DNA of 64,000 bases from Deltaproteobacteria bacterium (GCA_019310525.1 JAFDEE010000016.1:3394-67393); one strand, 5' to 3'; positions 21,289 to 30,464 are shown, counted from the stretch's first letter. Notes: generated from the letters alone by a model not told the origin. A program made the numbers and translations.

Positions 21289-22747
21289 GCCTCAACAACT
21301 CCCTGTAAATTTCTCTGTACTCTTCAGCAATCCGCTCTTCCCTGTAAAAGGCCTCGATCCGCCTGATTCCGCTTTCCGCCAGTCGGTCGGCCAACCGGGG
21401 ATCCCCGAGAATCCTGACCGTGGCCTCTGCAATCCCCTCTGCGTCCATGACGCCCCGCACCAGGCCGGCCTCTCCCATCTCGTCATCTTCCCGCCCGTAG
21501 AGAAGCTCCCGGCAGGCCCCCACGTCCGTGGCTACCACCGGGACGCCGCTGGCCATGGCCTCCATCACCACCAGGGGCATGGCCTCTTTGATGCTGGTAA
21601 GGACGAGGACATCCATTTTCCTGTAATAGTCAAGGACGTCGGCCCTTCCTGTGAAGGTGACGGTCTCTTCAAGGTCCAGCATTCTGATAAGGTCCCGGCA
21701 TTCCTGAAAATATCCCGGCTGATCGCTGGTGGGGCCGATCACCAGGGCCTGCATCTCGGGGAACTCCTTTCTGACCATGGCCATGGCCTGGATGAAGGTC
21801 TTGATATCCTTGACGCTGTCCACCCTGCCCACGAAGCCCACCGTCCGGGGTAAACTCCTGCACCGGGGGGAGCGGGCGGAGACAAAGCGCTCAACATCGA
21901 TCCCGTTCGGGATCACCTGGATTCGACCCTCCCGGGCGCCGTACTCCATTTCCAGCCTTTTGTTCCCCTCGTAGAGGGTGATGATCCTGTCACTGAATCC
22001 ATACTGCCAGTGACACAGGGCTGTGAAGGCCTCGATCCACATGTCCTTGAGATAAGGGTCATCCAGCCAGTCCGATTTCAGGAGTTCCATCTCTCTTTCC
22101 TGAAGATAGATTCCATGTTCGGTGATGATGGAAGGCGTCCCATATAGGGCCTTTCTCAAACAGGCGATGAATCCCGCGAAACCGGTCCCCGGCGCATGAT
22201 AGAGGGCCGAAGAAGGCAAACGGGGGATGAGGGTGAGAACGCGGAAGAAGATCAGATGGATATTCCTGAAGTTGTAAAAGTATTTCACAAAACCCGCATC
22301 TTCCCGGAATTCTCCATTCAGGCGGGTCAGTAAGGCGAAGGCACCTTCATCTTCGAGGAAGTTACGGAATATTCCCGTAGGGGCCTGAAGGACCACTTCC
22401 CTGAGAATTCCGATGCTCTCTTCCGATAGAACTCCACGCCGCCATTCCTTCATGAGGCGGTAGAGCCTCTCCTGGAGTTCCCGCCACCTTTGGCGGGAGA
22501 GGGTCAGGGGGACGCTGTCCTCGATTTCACTGTAATCAAAGAGGACGTACTCCTCATAGGCCACGAGGTTCGGAGGGAAAGGGTATTTCCGATCTTCCTC
22601 CCGTTTCTTTTCCGCGATCAGGGCCACCACGGAAAAGGTGAACTCTGGAAGATTCTCCATGAGCCACTGGAGCCAAGAAGCCACCCCTCCGGTAACATAG
22701 GGGTAACTGCCCTCTACAACCAGGCAGATGTCAGAACGGTTTTCCAA
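21263..22747 (-). CDS. pelF: PelF-like GT4 glycosyltransferase
   Basis: 494 aa. The N-terminus SDICLVVEGSYPYVTGGVASWLQWLMENLPEFTFSVVAL matches the DUF3492/PelF-specific N-domain I recall. The C-terminal GT4 core has the EAMPLVVMEAMASGVPVVATDVG motif. Confidence 0.8.
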   Translation of the reverse strand: MENRSDICLVVEGSYPYVTGGVASWLQWLMENLPEFTFSVVALIAEKKREEDRKYPFPPNLVAYEEYVLFDYSEIEDSVPLTLSRQRWRELQERLYRLMKEWRRGVLSEESIGILREVVLQAPTGIFRNFLEDEGAFALLTRLNGEFREDAGFVKYFYNFRNIHLIFFRVLTLIPRLPSSALYHAPGTGFAGFIACLRKALYGTPSIITEHGIYLQEREMELLKSDWLDDPYLKDMWIEAFTALCHWQYGFSDRIITLYEGNKRLEMEYGAREGRIQVIPNGIDVERFVSARSPRCRSLPRTVGFVGRVDSVKDIKTFIQAMAMVRKEFPEMQALVIGPTSDQPGYFQECRDLIRMLDLEETVTFTGRADVLDYYRKMDVLVLTSIKEAMPLVVMEAMASGVPVVATDVGACRELLYGREDDEMGEAGLVRGVMDAEGIAEATVRILGDPRLADRLAESGIRRIEAFYREERIAEEYREIYRELLRHAGHHFSA

Positions 22748-23727
22748 GCCCTTGCCGCCTCCTTAACCTTCTCCGGTATGAAAACCCCCCCGCCCGACTC
22801 GATAAGGAGGTACAGGTTGTCAAAGGTCTCCTGATCCCGGAGCCTGACCGCCAGCTCGAATTCATAGGTGATCCATTTCGGAAAGAAATAATCACCCTTC
22901 TCCCGAACGGTCTCGTACACCTCCCTGGCCTCCCGGACCCGGTCCGCTTCAAGCAGGTACTTTACGGACAGGAGGGCGTCATCCTCCGTGAACTCCTTTT
23001 GAAAGGCCGCGACTGCATAGTTGCAGGCCTTTTCCTGGTAAAATTGCTTCATAACCGGTTCGCAGAGATCGAGGTAACTGATTTCATGGTAGAGGTTAGC
23101 GAGCCGCTGAAGCTGGGTTCTGTCGGGATCCTCCAGGGCCTCGATGCGAGCGGCCTCTGCAAGGATTTCGTCCATCTTCTTTCGAAGCATGTCGATGGCC
23201 ATAAGCACCACGTTCTGGAAAGGGCTGAGCCGGATCATGTATCTGAGCAGCCCCGACTTGGTCGAGGACCATCCCATCTCTCCCACGACGGCAAGCATCT
23301 TCAGGGCGTCGGAACGGCTCAAACCACGGATGAGAAGGGCCTCCGTTATAGGGAGGGCGCGCGCTTCGATCTGCTTCTGGAACACCACCAGGTTTTCCCT
23401 CCTGACCTTCTCAAAGGCCTCGGAGCGAACCTGGTAAATGGGGTAGTACCGTAAGAAAAGCACCACGAAAAGGGCCAGGACCGGACCCGCCACGGGGACG
23501 GCTGAGAGGGAGGCCATGAACAGAAAAAAACCCTTTCCCCGGACCCTGCCCTTCAGGGTTTGGTCTGATCCCGAAAGGACAAGGAAGATGAGAAAGGTGA
23601 AGACCATGGCGGCCAGGTGGGAGCCTGTAAAGCCTGCCACATCGTTCCACCGGTGAAATCCCCTGAGGAGGAAAACCGTTGAAGCTGCCTCGCTCACGGC
23701 CCAGAAGAGATAAAGGATGATGTTCAT
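22714..23727 (-). CDS. pelE: PelE-like membrane protein with helical-repeat C-terminal domain
   Basis: The internal ATG at 23727 lies 4 nt after the pelD stop and gives 337 aa (PelE is ~329 aa). It has N-terminal TM helices followed by an all-helical soluble region. The call rests mainly on position between pelD and pelF. Confidence 0.45.
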   Translation of the reverse strand: MNIILYLFWAVSEAASTVFLLRGFHRWNDVAGFTGSHLAAMVFTFLIFLVLSGSDQTLKGRVRGKGFFLFMASLSAVPVAGPVLALFVVLFLRYYPIYQVRSEAFEKVRRENLVVFQKQIEARALPITEALLIRGLSRSDALKMLAVVGEMGWSSTKSGLLRYMIRLSPFQNVVLMAIDMLRKKMDEILAEAARIEALEDPDRTQLQRLANLYHEISYLDLCEPVMKQFYQEKACNYAVAAFQKEFTEDDALLSVKYLLEADRVREAREVYETVREKGDYFFPKWITYEFELAVRLRDQETFDNLYLLIESGGGVFIPEKVKEAARAWKTVLTSAWL

Positions 23728-23731
23728 GGTC

Positions 23732-24958
23732 TCAGGGTTCCTTTGCCGTTTCCATGGATAGCCCCGGATATTTTCCCGAGAGGCGGTTGAGCACAAGTTT
23801 TGCGCTGGTCTCGTCCGCCATGGAGAGGAATACCAGGAAGTGATTCTCCCCCAGCATGAAGATCTCATCGTAAAGCCTGAGGGAGGAAGAGAGCCCCCGG
23901 GCCTCCTCCTCACTCAGGGACCCACGGATCCGCAAAAGTGAAAAGGGCAACTGGTATCGCTTGTATCGGGAAATGCTGTCTTTGAGGATGCGTCGCGCGA
24001 CGTCTTCCCGGTACACGACCACCGTGGTGAATACACTCAGGGTAAGCAATTCGTCCCTGTACAGGCGTCCTTCGATCATGGACTTTATCCAAAAGGCGGC
24101 CACTTTGAGTAGACTGATCAGGTTCTCGGATAGATTGATGAAGCGGATTTCCTCCAGAATAATGATGTAAAGGAGCTTGTCGAAGGTTGAAAGAATCGGG
24201 ATGGCCATCACGAAGCGGTTGTCCATCTCCTTGGGGATGATCACCTCCCGTTCCGCCAGGGCCACCCTAAGGATTTCCGGAATCTCCTCATCCCTCCACT
24301 TCAGATCCCCGGGCAGACTGGAGGCCCCGAAAACAGTTACCCGTTTGAAACTCTTCCCGTCCAGAACCTGATAGATCCCGGATTTTTCCACGTGGCAATG
24401 GGTATAAAGGAGGTACAGGATCTCGTCGAAAAAGGATTTCAGGTCCCCCATGCTCTCAATTCTCCTGAGCCCCTGATACATGATCCTCGGGGTCTCCATG
24501 TCGGAGAGGACCTGATGGAAGGCCTCTTGGAGGGCCCGGTCCCTGGCGGAGAGTTCCACGGTCAGCTTTTCAACCCGCTGGTTCAGCACCAGGTTGGTCA
24601 ATTCCAGGCCCTTGTTCTGTCTTTCGGCGTTGGAACGCACGAAGCCCGTGATCAAAAGGACCCCGAGGTAAAATCCGGCCTTCAAGGAATGATGGGAAAG
24701 AAAAGGGATGAGGCTTCGGTGGGTGATCACCGTGATAAGAAGTGCAAAGGCCAGGAGGCCGGCCACCGCTCCTTTGAGGCCGTAATATAGGGCCAGAAGG
24801 AAACCTGTAGCGGTCAAACACAGGAAGAGCAGATCCAAGGGGAGGATCCCCTTGTTCCAGAGGAACCAAAGGCCTCCATAAAGGAACACGATCTCCAGGA
24901 GAAACACAAGGTGGGGGGTGTACCTGTTGTGGCCGTCAATGGTTTTGCCGAGCGGCAA
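23732..24958 (-). CDS. pelD: PelD-like c-di-GMP receptor (TM + GAF-like + degenerate GGDEF)
   Basis: 408 aa with 4 N-terminal TM helices. The C-terminus shows RLYD + 5 aa + GENHF, an I-site RxxD at canonical spacing from a degenerate GGDEF motif. TTG start with GGAGG upstream. First gene of the pel-like operon. Confidence 0.65.
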   Translation of the reverse strand: MPLGKTIDGHNRYTPHLVFLLEIVFLYGGLWFLWNKGILPLDLLFLCLTATGFLLALYYGLKGAVAGLLAFALLITVITHRSLIPFLSHHSLKAGFYLGVLLITGFVRSNAERQNKGLELTNLVLNQRVEKLTVELSARDRALQEAFHQVLSDMETPRIMYQGLRRIESMGDLKSFFDEILYLLYTHCHVEKSGIYQVLDGKSFKRVTVFGASSLPGDLKWRDEEIPEILRVALAEREVIIPKEMDNRFVMAIPILSTFDKLLYIIILEEIRFINLSENLISLLKVAAFWIKSMIEGRLYRDELLTLSVFTTVVVYREDVARRILKDSISRYKRYQLPFSLLRIRGSLSEEEARGLSSSLRLYDEIFMLGENHFLVFLSMADETSAKLVLNRLSGKYPGLSMETAKEP

Positions 24959-25047
24959 GGCCTGTTTTCCTCCCTCGAAGAAGCTCGATTTTTCAGGATT
25001 TCAGTATAAGCAATCAGCGTTTCCAGGGGTTGGAGAGTGAACCCGGC

Positions 25048-25386
25048 TCAGGACTCGAAGGCCTTGACGGCCTCTTCCTTGGTATCGAATATATCAAGGA
25101 TCTGGTCCAGGCGGATAATCTGGAACAGGGACCGGACCTGTTCCGAAAGCCCGAAGAGTTTCAAATCCCCTTCAGAGTTTTTCAATTTCCGCACGCAGGA
25201 AAGCAGGGCGCCGCATCCTGAGCTGTCTATGAAACGCATCGTCCTCATGTCAAAGACTACCTTTTTGTTCGATTCCAGGACGGATGCGATATCCTTCTTG
25301 AATTCCTGACTGTTGTCGGCATCCAGTACATCTCCCTGGAGCGACAGGACCACCACATCACCGTGCTTCTCCGTTGAAAAGTCCAT
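25048..25386 (-). CDS. STAS-domain anti-sigma-factor antagonist-like protein (SpoIIAA/RsbV family)
   Basis: 112 aa. VVVLSLQGDVLDADNSQEFKKDI...MRFIDSSGCGALL with the conserved DSSG phospho-serine motif. It starts 21 nt downstream of the PP2C/kinase fusion gene. Confidence 0.85.
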   Translation of the reverse strand: MDFSTEKHGDVVVLSLQGDVLDADNSQEFKKDIASVLESNKKVVFDMRTMRFIDSSGCGALLSCVRKLKNSEGDLKLFGLSEQVRSLFQIIRLDQILDIFDTKEEAVKAFES

Positions 25387-25406
25387 TGGACGAGAGGCCT
25401 CCCACG

Positions 25407-28400
25407 CTAAAGTTTTTTCCGTTTCTTGACAAGCATTACGGAGTTCATTCCATCGGGGCTTTTCGTGTAACTGACTTCATCGACATAGGTCTTAATGAGA
25501 TACAACCCGTACCCCCTTTCCGTCAATCCCTCCGAGGATGGGGGAGCGGACAAATCCGGCGGATCGAACCCCTCACCCCAATGATTGAGCCGGAGGAGGA
25601 TCCGGTCCACGTAAGCCTCCGCCACTATGTGGATTTTGCGGTCCTTCCGTCCCCGGTAGGCGTGCTTCATGATATTGGTGGCCGCCTCGTTGGCCGCAAG
25701 CCCCAGTTGCCATGTATTGTCCATGTCCATGGGAGGATTGATATTTCTCTGGCAGAGATCCTGGACAAAGTCCCTCAACCTGGCAAGCTGTCCGGTCTCG
25801 CTGGATATTTCCAGTTCCAGGCGGAGCAGGGGTGTGAGGTGGCTGTCGGCTTCTATCTTGACCACTATGCAAGTCAGGTCGTCCGTGAAGTTTTCAGAAC
25901 CCGAAAAGGTGATTACAGAAGAGCGGATCTCAGAGAGGAGGTCCTCCGGATCCAGAGAAGCATATTCCTTGACACATTCGGTAAGCCGTCCTTCACCGAA
26001 AAATCCACCGCTCCGGTTCCGGGCCTCCGTGATCCCGTCGGAGTAAAATACCAGAACGTCTCCGGGCTCTACAGGAAAGGAGAGAGGGCTGTAAGATTCA
26101 TCGGGGCTGAACCCCATGGGCATATTGTAACCCTTGACCGTACTGCAGGTCCCGGAAGCATGGTGGAAATGAACGGTGCGGGTGTGCCCGCAGTCCACCA
26201 TCTCAGCCCGCCCCCCCACGAGATCAAATCGTGCATAGCAAAGGGTGACAAAGGATTCGAGTTCCATGAGTTCGTTTACCATCCTCTGGTGTACCCGACG
26301 TACAATAGCCGACGGGGGAGGGAAGGACTCGGAGACGGGGATCAAATCGCTAAGGGCCCTGACGAAGCTGTTCTTGATGGCGGCGCCTAGTAGAGCGGCA
26401 GGGATTCCCTTTCCCATGACATCCCCGATCAAAACATCCATGCACTGATCCGACTGGGTGAAAAAATCGTAGAAATCACCGTCAATCCTCTGGGACGGGA
26501 CGGTCACAGCCGCCACCTTCAGGCCCGGCACCTTCTTCGGCGGGGTGCCGAGGAGCAAGGCCTGCTGGATCCGGGAGGCGATTTCCACTTCCCTCTCCCT
26601 CGCCATGGCCAGGGCCTCCCGGGCCCGCCCGTGCTCAATGGCCTTTCCCAGTTGTTCGGCCACCACATTGAGCAGGGTCTCATCCTCCCTGTTAATGGGA
26701 TCCCTTTCCTCCCCTGTGCCCCCCAGAAACACCTCCAGGGTGCCCACCTCCCGGTCCCCGGCCACTATGGGACGGGATCGCTTCCAGGGGCCTTCTTGAA
26801 AGCCCGGAGACAGATACACCTTGCCCTCGAGGGTAATACGGGCCGAGACTCCGCCAGGGCCCTCAAAGGAAACGGGCAAAAGCTCCACCACCCCCTCGAG
26901 AAAGGCATCCAGGGAGGAGGTCTGTTGCTCCCTGAGCCTTGAGATCCCGTAAAGGCATTTAAGCTGCCTGACCCTTGCGTCCAGGGCTTCTGTCCGCTCT
27001 TCCAGTTCCTTCTCGGCCCGCTTCCGCTCCGTGATGTCCCTCACGGTTCCCACGGCATGCCACCGGCCCTGGACCTTGGTGGAGGAAAGAGACAGCTCTA
27101 CTGGGAACTCGGTCCCATCCTTCTTGAGGGCGGTCGTTTCATAGGGCTTTCCCAGGACCGGCCCCTCCCCCGTCCTTTTCCATGTTTCAAAACCCCTTTT
27201 GACGGCCTCCCGGTACCTTTCAGGCACGAGAAAACCATGCAGCTCCTTGCCGAGCACCTCGTCCGCCCCGTACTGGAACATCTCTTCGGCCGCCTTGTTC
27301 CAGTAGGAGACCCTACCGTCACTGTCCAGGGTGATAAGGGCGTCCCGGGTCGAGGCCGCGATGTTCTTGAACCTTTCTTCGCTGAGTTGGAGGGCCTCTT
27401 CCACCCTCTTGCTCTTGGTTACGTCCCGCAGGATGGCCCTGGTGGAGACCGGCTCACCACTCCGAAAACTTCCGTTGATGTTTCCTTCCACCAGGATCCG
27501 GGCGCCGCCTTTACTCAAGAAGACCGCCTCGATATATCCCGGGCCCTTGCCCGAAAGGACATCCTCTACCACCTTTCGACATTGATCCCTGCACTCCGGC
27601 GCCATGACATCGAACATGGAGAGGTTGGAAACCTCTTCGGGAGTGTATTCCAGGGTCTCCATCCAGGCCCGGTTGACATACAGGAGCCGGCCGTCAGGCG
27701 CTGCCGCCTGAATAAGATCATGGGCATTTTCAAAAAGATCCCGGTATTTCTCCTCGCTCTCCTTGAGGGCCTTTTCAGAACGCTTTCGCTCGTTCACCTC
27801 GCGGGCGAGTCTTTCGTTGGCCTGGACCAATTCCCGGGTGCGTTCTTCCACCCGTTTTTCCAATTCATCCCGTGCCTTTCGAAGGGCTTCCCCGGCCCGC
27901 CTGGCCTCTAAATAGAGCCTGGCGTTTTCCAGGGCCACGGCCGCGGGGCTGCTGAGGGCGGCAAAAAGGGCCAGATCCTTTTTCTGGAAACCCTGTGGAA
28001 CCCCCACGGAGTGGACATAAAGGATCCCCCGGACCTTGGAGCGGACCACCAGGGGCACACACATTATGGAACGGATAAGATCCGAGCTACGGGTCTTCGT
28101 CCCTTCTTCAAGGGCCTGGCCCCGGGTATCGGAAATCATGACGGCCTTTCCATCCTTGAGGACCTTGTCGATCACACTCTTGCTGTACTTTGTCTTCGGG
28201 GAGGTTTCGGCATCCCTGGCCCGGGAGAAGACTTCCCGTAGTTTCCCCGTCTCCGGATCCACCAGCAGGATAAAGCCCGCGTCGATCCTCCTGAAATGAA
28301 AGAAGAGGGCCTTCATGATCTTTTCGCAGATCTCACGGAGATCCAAGGACCGCATAAGGGCGGCAGAGACCTCATAGATGAGTTCCAGGTGTTTCCTGTC

Positions 28401-28787
28401 CGTGACCAGGGTTTGATCCAAGGCCCGGGTCTTTTCATCCTTGACGCCATCGGCCTCGACGGCTTGCTCGGCCGCCCGGCCCTTTTCAATCGCCCCTTCG
28501 CCAAGGATAAAAAGGATGTTGCCCATGGCGATGGAGATTCCCCGTTTCAGCTCTACACTCTCAAAAGGGGTGATGGGCCGGCCGTTGATCAGGGTCCCGT
28601 TTTGGCTCTGGAGGTCTTCGATGTAAAGCTTCTCCCCTTCCCGGAATATCTTGGCATGTTTCCTCGAAACGGAAGGGTCGTCGAGCTGGATATCATTATC
28701 TAAGGCCCTTCCGATGGAGGTGATCTCATCATTGAGATCAAAGGCACGCCCCTGCATGGGGCCTTTGATCATAAATAGTCTCGTCAT
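25407..28787 (-). CDS. multidomain partner-switching regulator: FHA - GAF - PAS x2 - GAF-like - PP2C (SpoIIE-type) phosphatase - RsbW-type serine kinase (HATPase_c)
   Basis: N-terminal FHA (ITSIGRALDNDIQLDDPSVSRKHAKIF...NGTLINGRPI). GAF (…MCVPLVVRSKVRGILYVHS…). Two PAS units (RDLFENAHDLI..., FKNIAASTRDALITLD...). PP2C core (IDGDFYDFF...LIGDVMGKGIPAALL...FYSDGITEA...FTDDLTCIVVK). C-terminal ATPase (ANEAATNIMKHAY...ERGYGLYLIKTYVDEVSY). The ATG at 28787 is preceded by GGAGG. Confidence 0.85.
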   Translation of the reverse strand: MTRLFMIKGPMQGRAFDLNDEITSIGRALDNDIQLDDPSVSRKHAKIFREGEKLYIEDLQSQNGTLINGRPITPFESVELKRGISIAMGNILFILGEGAIEKGRAAEQAVEADGVKDEKTRALDQTLVTDRKHLELIYEVSAALMRSLDLREICEKIMKALFFHFRRIDAGFILLVDPETGKLREVFSRARDAETSPKTKYSKSVIDKVLKDGKAVMISDTRGQALEEGTKTRSSDLIRSIMCVPLVVRSKVRGILYVHSVGVPQGFQKKDLALFAALSSPAAVALENARLYLEARRAGEALRKARDELEKRVEERTRELVQANERLAREVNERKRSEKALKESEEKYRDLFENAHDLIQAAAPDGRLLYVNRAWMETLEYTPEEVSNLSMFDVMAPECRDQCRKVVEDVLSGKGPGYIEAVFLSKGGARILVEGNINGSFRSGEPVSTRAILRDVTKSKRVEEALQLSEERFKNIAASTRDALITLDSDGRVSYWNKAAEEMFQYGADEVLGKELHGFLVPERYREAVKRGFETWKRTGEGPVLGKPYETTALKKDGTEFPVELSLSSTKVQGRWHAVGTVRDITERKRAEKELEERTEALDARVRQLKCLYGISRLREQQTSSLDAFLEGVVELLPVSFEGPGGVSARITLEGKVYLSPGFQEGPWKRSRPIVAGDREVGTLEVFLGGTGEERDPINREDETLLNVVAEQLGKAIEHGRAREALAMAREREVEIASRIQQALLLGTPPKKVPGLKVAAVTVPSQRIDGDFYDFFTQSDQCMDVLIGDVMGKGIPAALLGAAIKNSFVRALSDLIPVSESFPPPSAIVRRVHQRMVNELMELESFVTLCYARFDLVGGRAEMVDCGHTRTVHFHHASGTCSTVKGYNMPMGFSPDESYSPLSFPVEPGDVLVFYSDGITEARNRSGGFFGEGRLTECVKEYASLDPEDLLSEIRSSVITFSGSENFTDDLTCIVVKIEADSHLTPLLRLELEISSETGQLARLRDFVQDLCQRNINPPMDMDNTWQLGLAANEAATNIMKHAYRGRKDRKIHIVAEAYVDRILLRLNHWGEGFDPPDLSAPPSSEGLTERGYGLYLIKTYVDEVSYTKSPDGMNSVMLVKKRKKL

Positions 28788-29212
28788 GGCCGCCTCCAGT
28801 AGTCTGACCCACCAGGGGTTTTCAGCCGGAAACCTGGTAGGAGACGGGGGGACTCTTTCGACCCTCGAGAACAAGGAAGGCCGTCAGGGGAGTGAAAACA
28901 CAATTGATACAACCCCAAAATCACATTTTTTCAAGGAGTTACGATATCAAAAGGGAGCCCGGTTTTCAAGGTTTTCTCCTGTTCCCCCAACCAAATCCCG
29001 ATTACAGGCTTAAGAAGGGAGGCAGGATCTCTCCCAAAAGCACTTGCTATTGAAGAATTCAGGGTCTCCCGCCGATTCTTTCCTTTATATCGGATTTTTG
29101 TTGAGGTATGTTTAGTTTTCAGGGTTTTAAACCGGAAATTTTAGTTCCCAATACCCGAAAATAACCGGTCATCCATCTACTGGATATGGAAAATGATAGA
29201 AAAGGAGGGCCC

Positions 29213-30172
29213 ATGACAACATGCCTGATCACCGGGGGCGCGGGATTCATCGGCTCACACCTGGTTGAACTCTGCCTTGGAAGAGGATATCGAACCCTGG
29301 TGCTCGACGACCTTTCGACGGGGAAAAAAGAGAATCTTCCCCTGGGTCACCCGGACCTCACCCTTATTGAAGGGGATATCAGGGACAGGGTACTTCTCCG
29401 TGAAATCCGGGAGGCCAATCCCGATCTGACCTATCTGTTTCATCTGGCCGCCATTGCCTCTGTCACTAAATCCATGGAAGACCCCATCCTTACCCATGAA
29501 GTCAATTTCCAAGGAACCCTTTTTCTTCTGGACACATTCCGGAAGTCTCTTCTCAAAAAAATCGTTTATGCGAGCTCGGCAGCCGTTTACGGCGCCAATC
29601 CCAATCTGCCCCTTCAGGAGGAATCTCTCCCCAAGCCTCAAAGTCTTTACGGTGTGGACAAGCTGGGGGGAGAACACCTTTTAAAGGTGTTCAACGATTC
29701 CTTTCACCTGCCCACGGTCTCCTGCCGTTTTTTCAACGTGTTCGGCGAAAGGCAGGATCCCTCCTCCCCTTATTCCGGAGTCATCTCCCTCTTTTTCGCC
29801 CGGGCCGTTGAACGCAAAAAGGGAAGTGATTCCCGAATCACCATTTTCGGCGACGGAAAACAGACAAGGGATTTCATCTATGTGAAAGACGTCGCCTCCG
29901 CCCTCCTCTTTCTGGCTGAGTCGAAAAACATCAGGGGCGATGTTTTCAATATCGGGTACGGGCGGAAGATCACCATCCTGGACCTTGCCCGGAAGGTCCA
30001 AGAAACCCTTGGAGTCGACATTGATATCAGGTTCGAGGCCCCGAGGGAGGGGGATGTTCGCCATTCCCTCGCGGATGTCCGGAAGTTGGAAGGCGCCGGA
30101 TTCACCTTCTCCCACGATTTTGAAACGGGACTAAGGCGACTGGCGGAGTTCCTTGTCGCCAAGGCCGATTAA
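29213..30172 (+). CDS. NAD-dependent nucleotide-sugar epimerase/dehydratase (extended SDR)
   Basis: ITGGAGFIGSHL Rossmann motif and YGVDK (YxxxK) catalytic motif, ~320 aa. The ATG at 29213 follows AGGAGG. Substrate specificity cannot be read from the sequence. Confidence 0.85.
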   Translation: MTTCLITGGAGFIGSHLVELCLGRGYRTLVLDDLSTGKKENLPLGHPDLTLIEGDIRDRVLLREIREANPDLTYLFHLAAIASVTKSMEDPILTHEVNFQGTLFLLDTFRKSLLKKIVYASSAAVYGANPNLPLQEESLPKPQSLYGVDKLGGEHLLKVFNDSFHLPTVSCRFFNVFGERQDPSSPYSGVISLFFARAVERKKGSDSRITIFGDGKQTRDFIYVKDVASALLFLAESKNIRGDVFNIGYGRKITILDLARKVQETLGVDIDIRFEAPREGDVRHSLADVRKLEGAGFTFSHDFETGLRRLAEFLVAKAD

Positions 30173-30282
30173 AAATCATTCCTTTGCGAGTAAAAATCCG
30201 GGTTTTTCAGTCCGAATCTAAGGCCTTGACCCCATTGACCGCGATGAAGGGTGAGGGCAGACTTGGAATATGATAACATAAT

Positions 30283-30310
30283 ATAAACCCAAATTATGCG
30301 TGAACGCCTG
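30283..30310 (+). repeat. 28-nt direct repeat, copy A (ATAAACCCAAATTATGCGTGAACGCCTG)
   Basis: 25/28 identical to copy B, 182 bp downstream. Its core CCCAAATTATGC (30288-30299) is also the exact reverse complement of 30453-30464. Confidence 0.8.
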
Positions 30311-30348
30311 TCCAAGAAAGGGTAAAAGGATTTTCCCGGAGCGGCCTA

Positions 30349-30384
30349 TTTTGGCTCTGGAGCAGGAGAGCGGAAGAGCCAAAA
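30349..30384. other. 10-bp perfect stem hairpin (TTTTGGCTCT - 16 nt - AGAGCCAAAA)
   Basis: Read directly from the sequence. It lies between repeat copies A and B in the epimerase-asmA intergenic region. Confidence 0.7.
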
Positions 30385-30464
30385 TCGGCAGTGAGCGGAG
30401 CCATGGACGGCGTAGCGAACGTAGCGGAATAAAGACCAATTTTATCATTAATGCATAATTTGGG

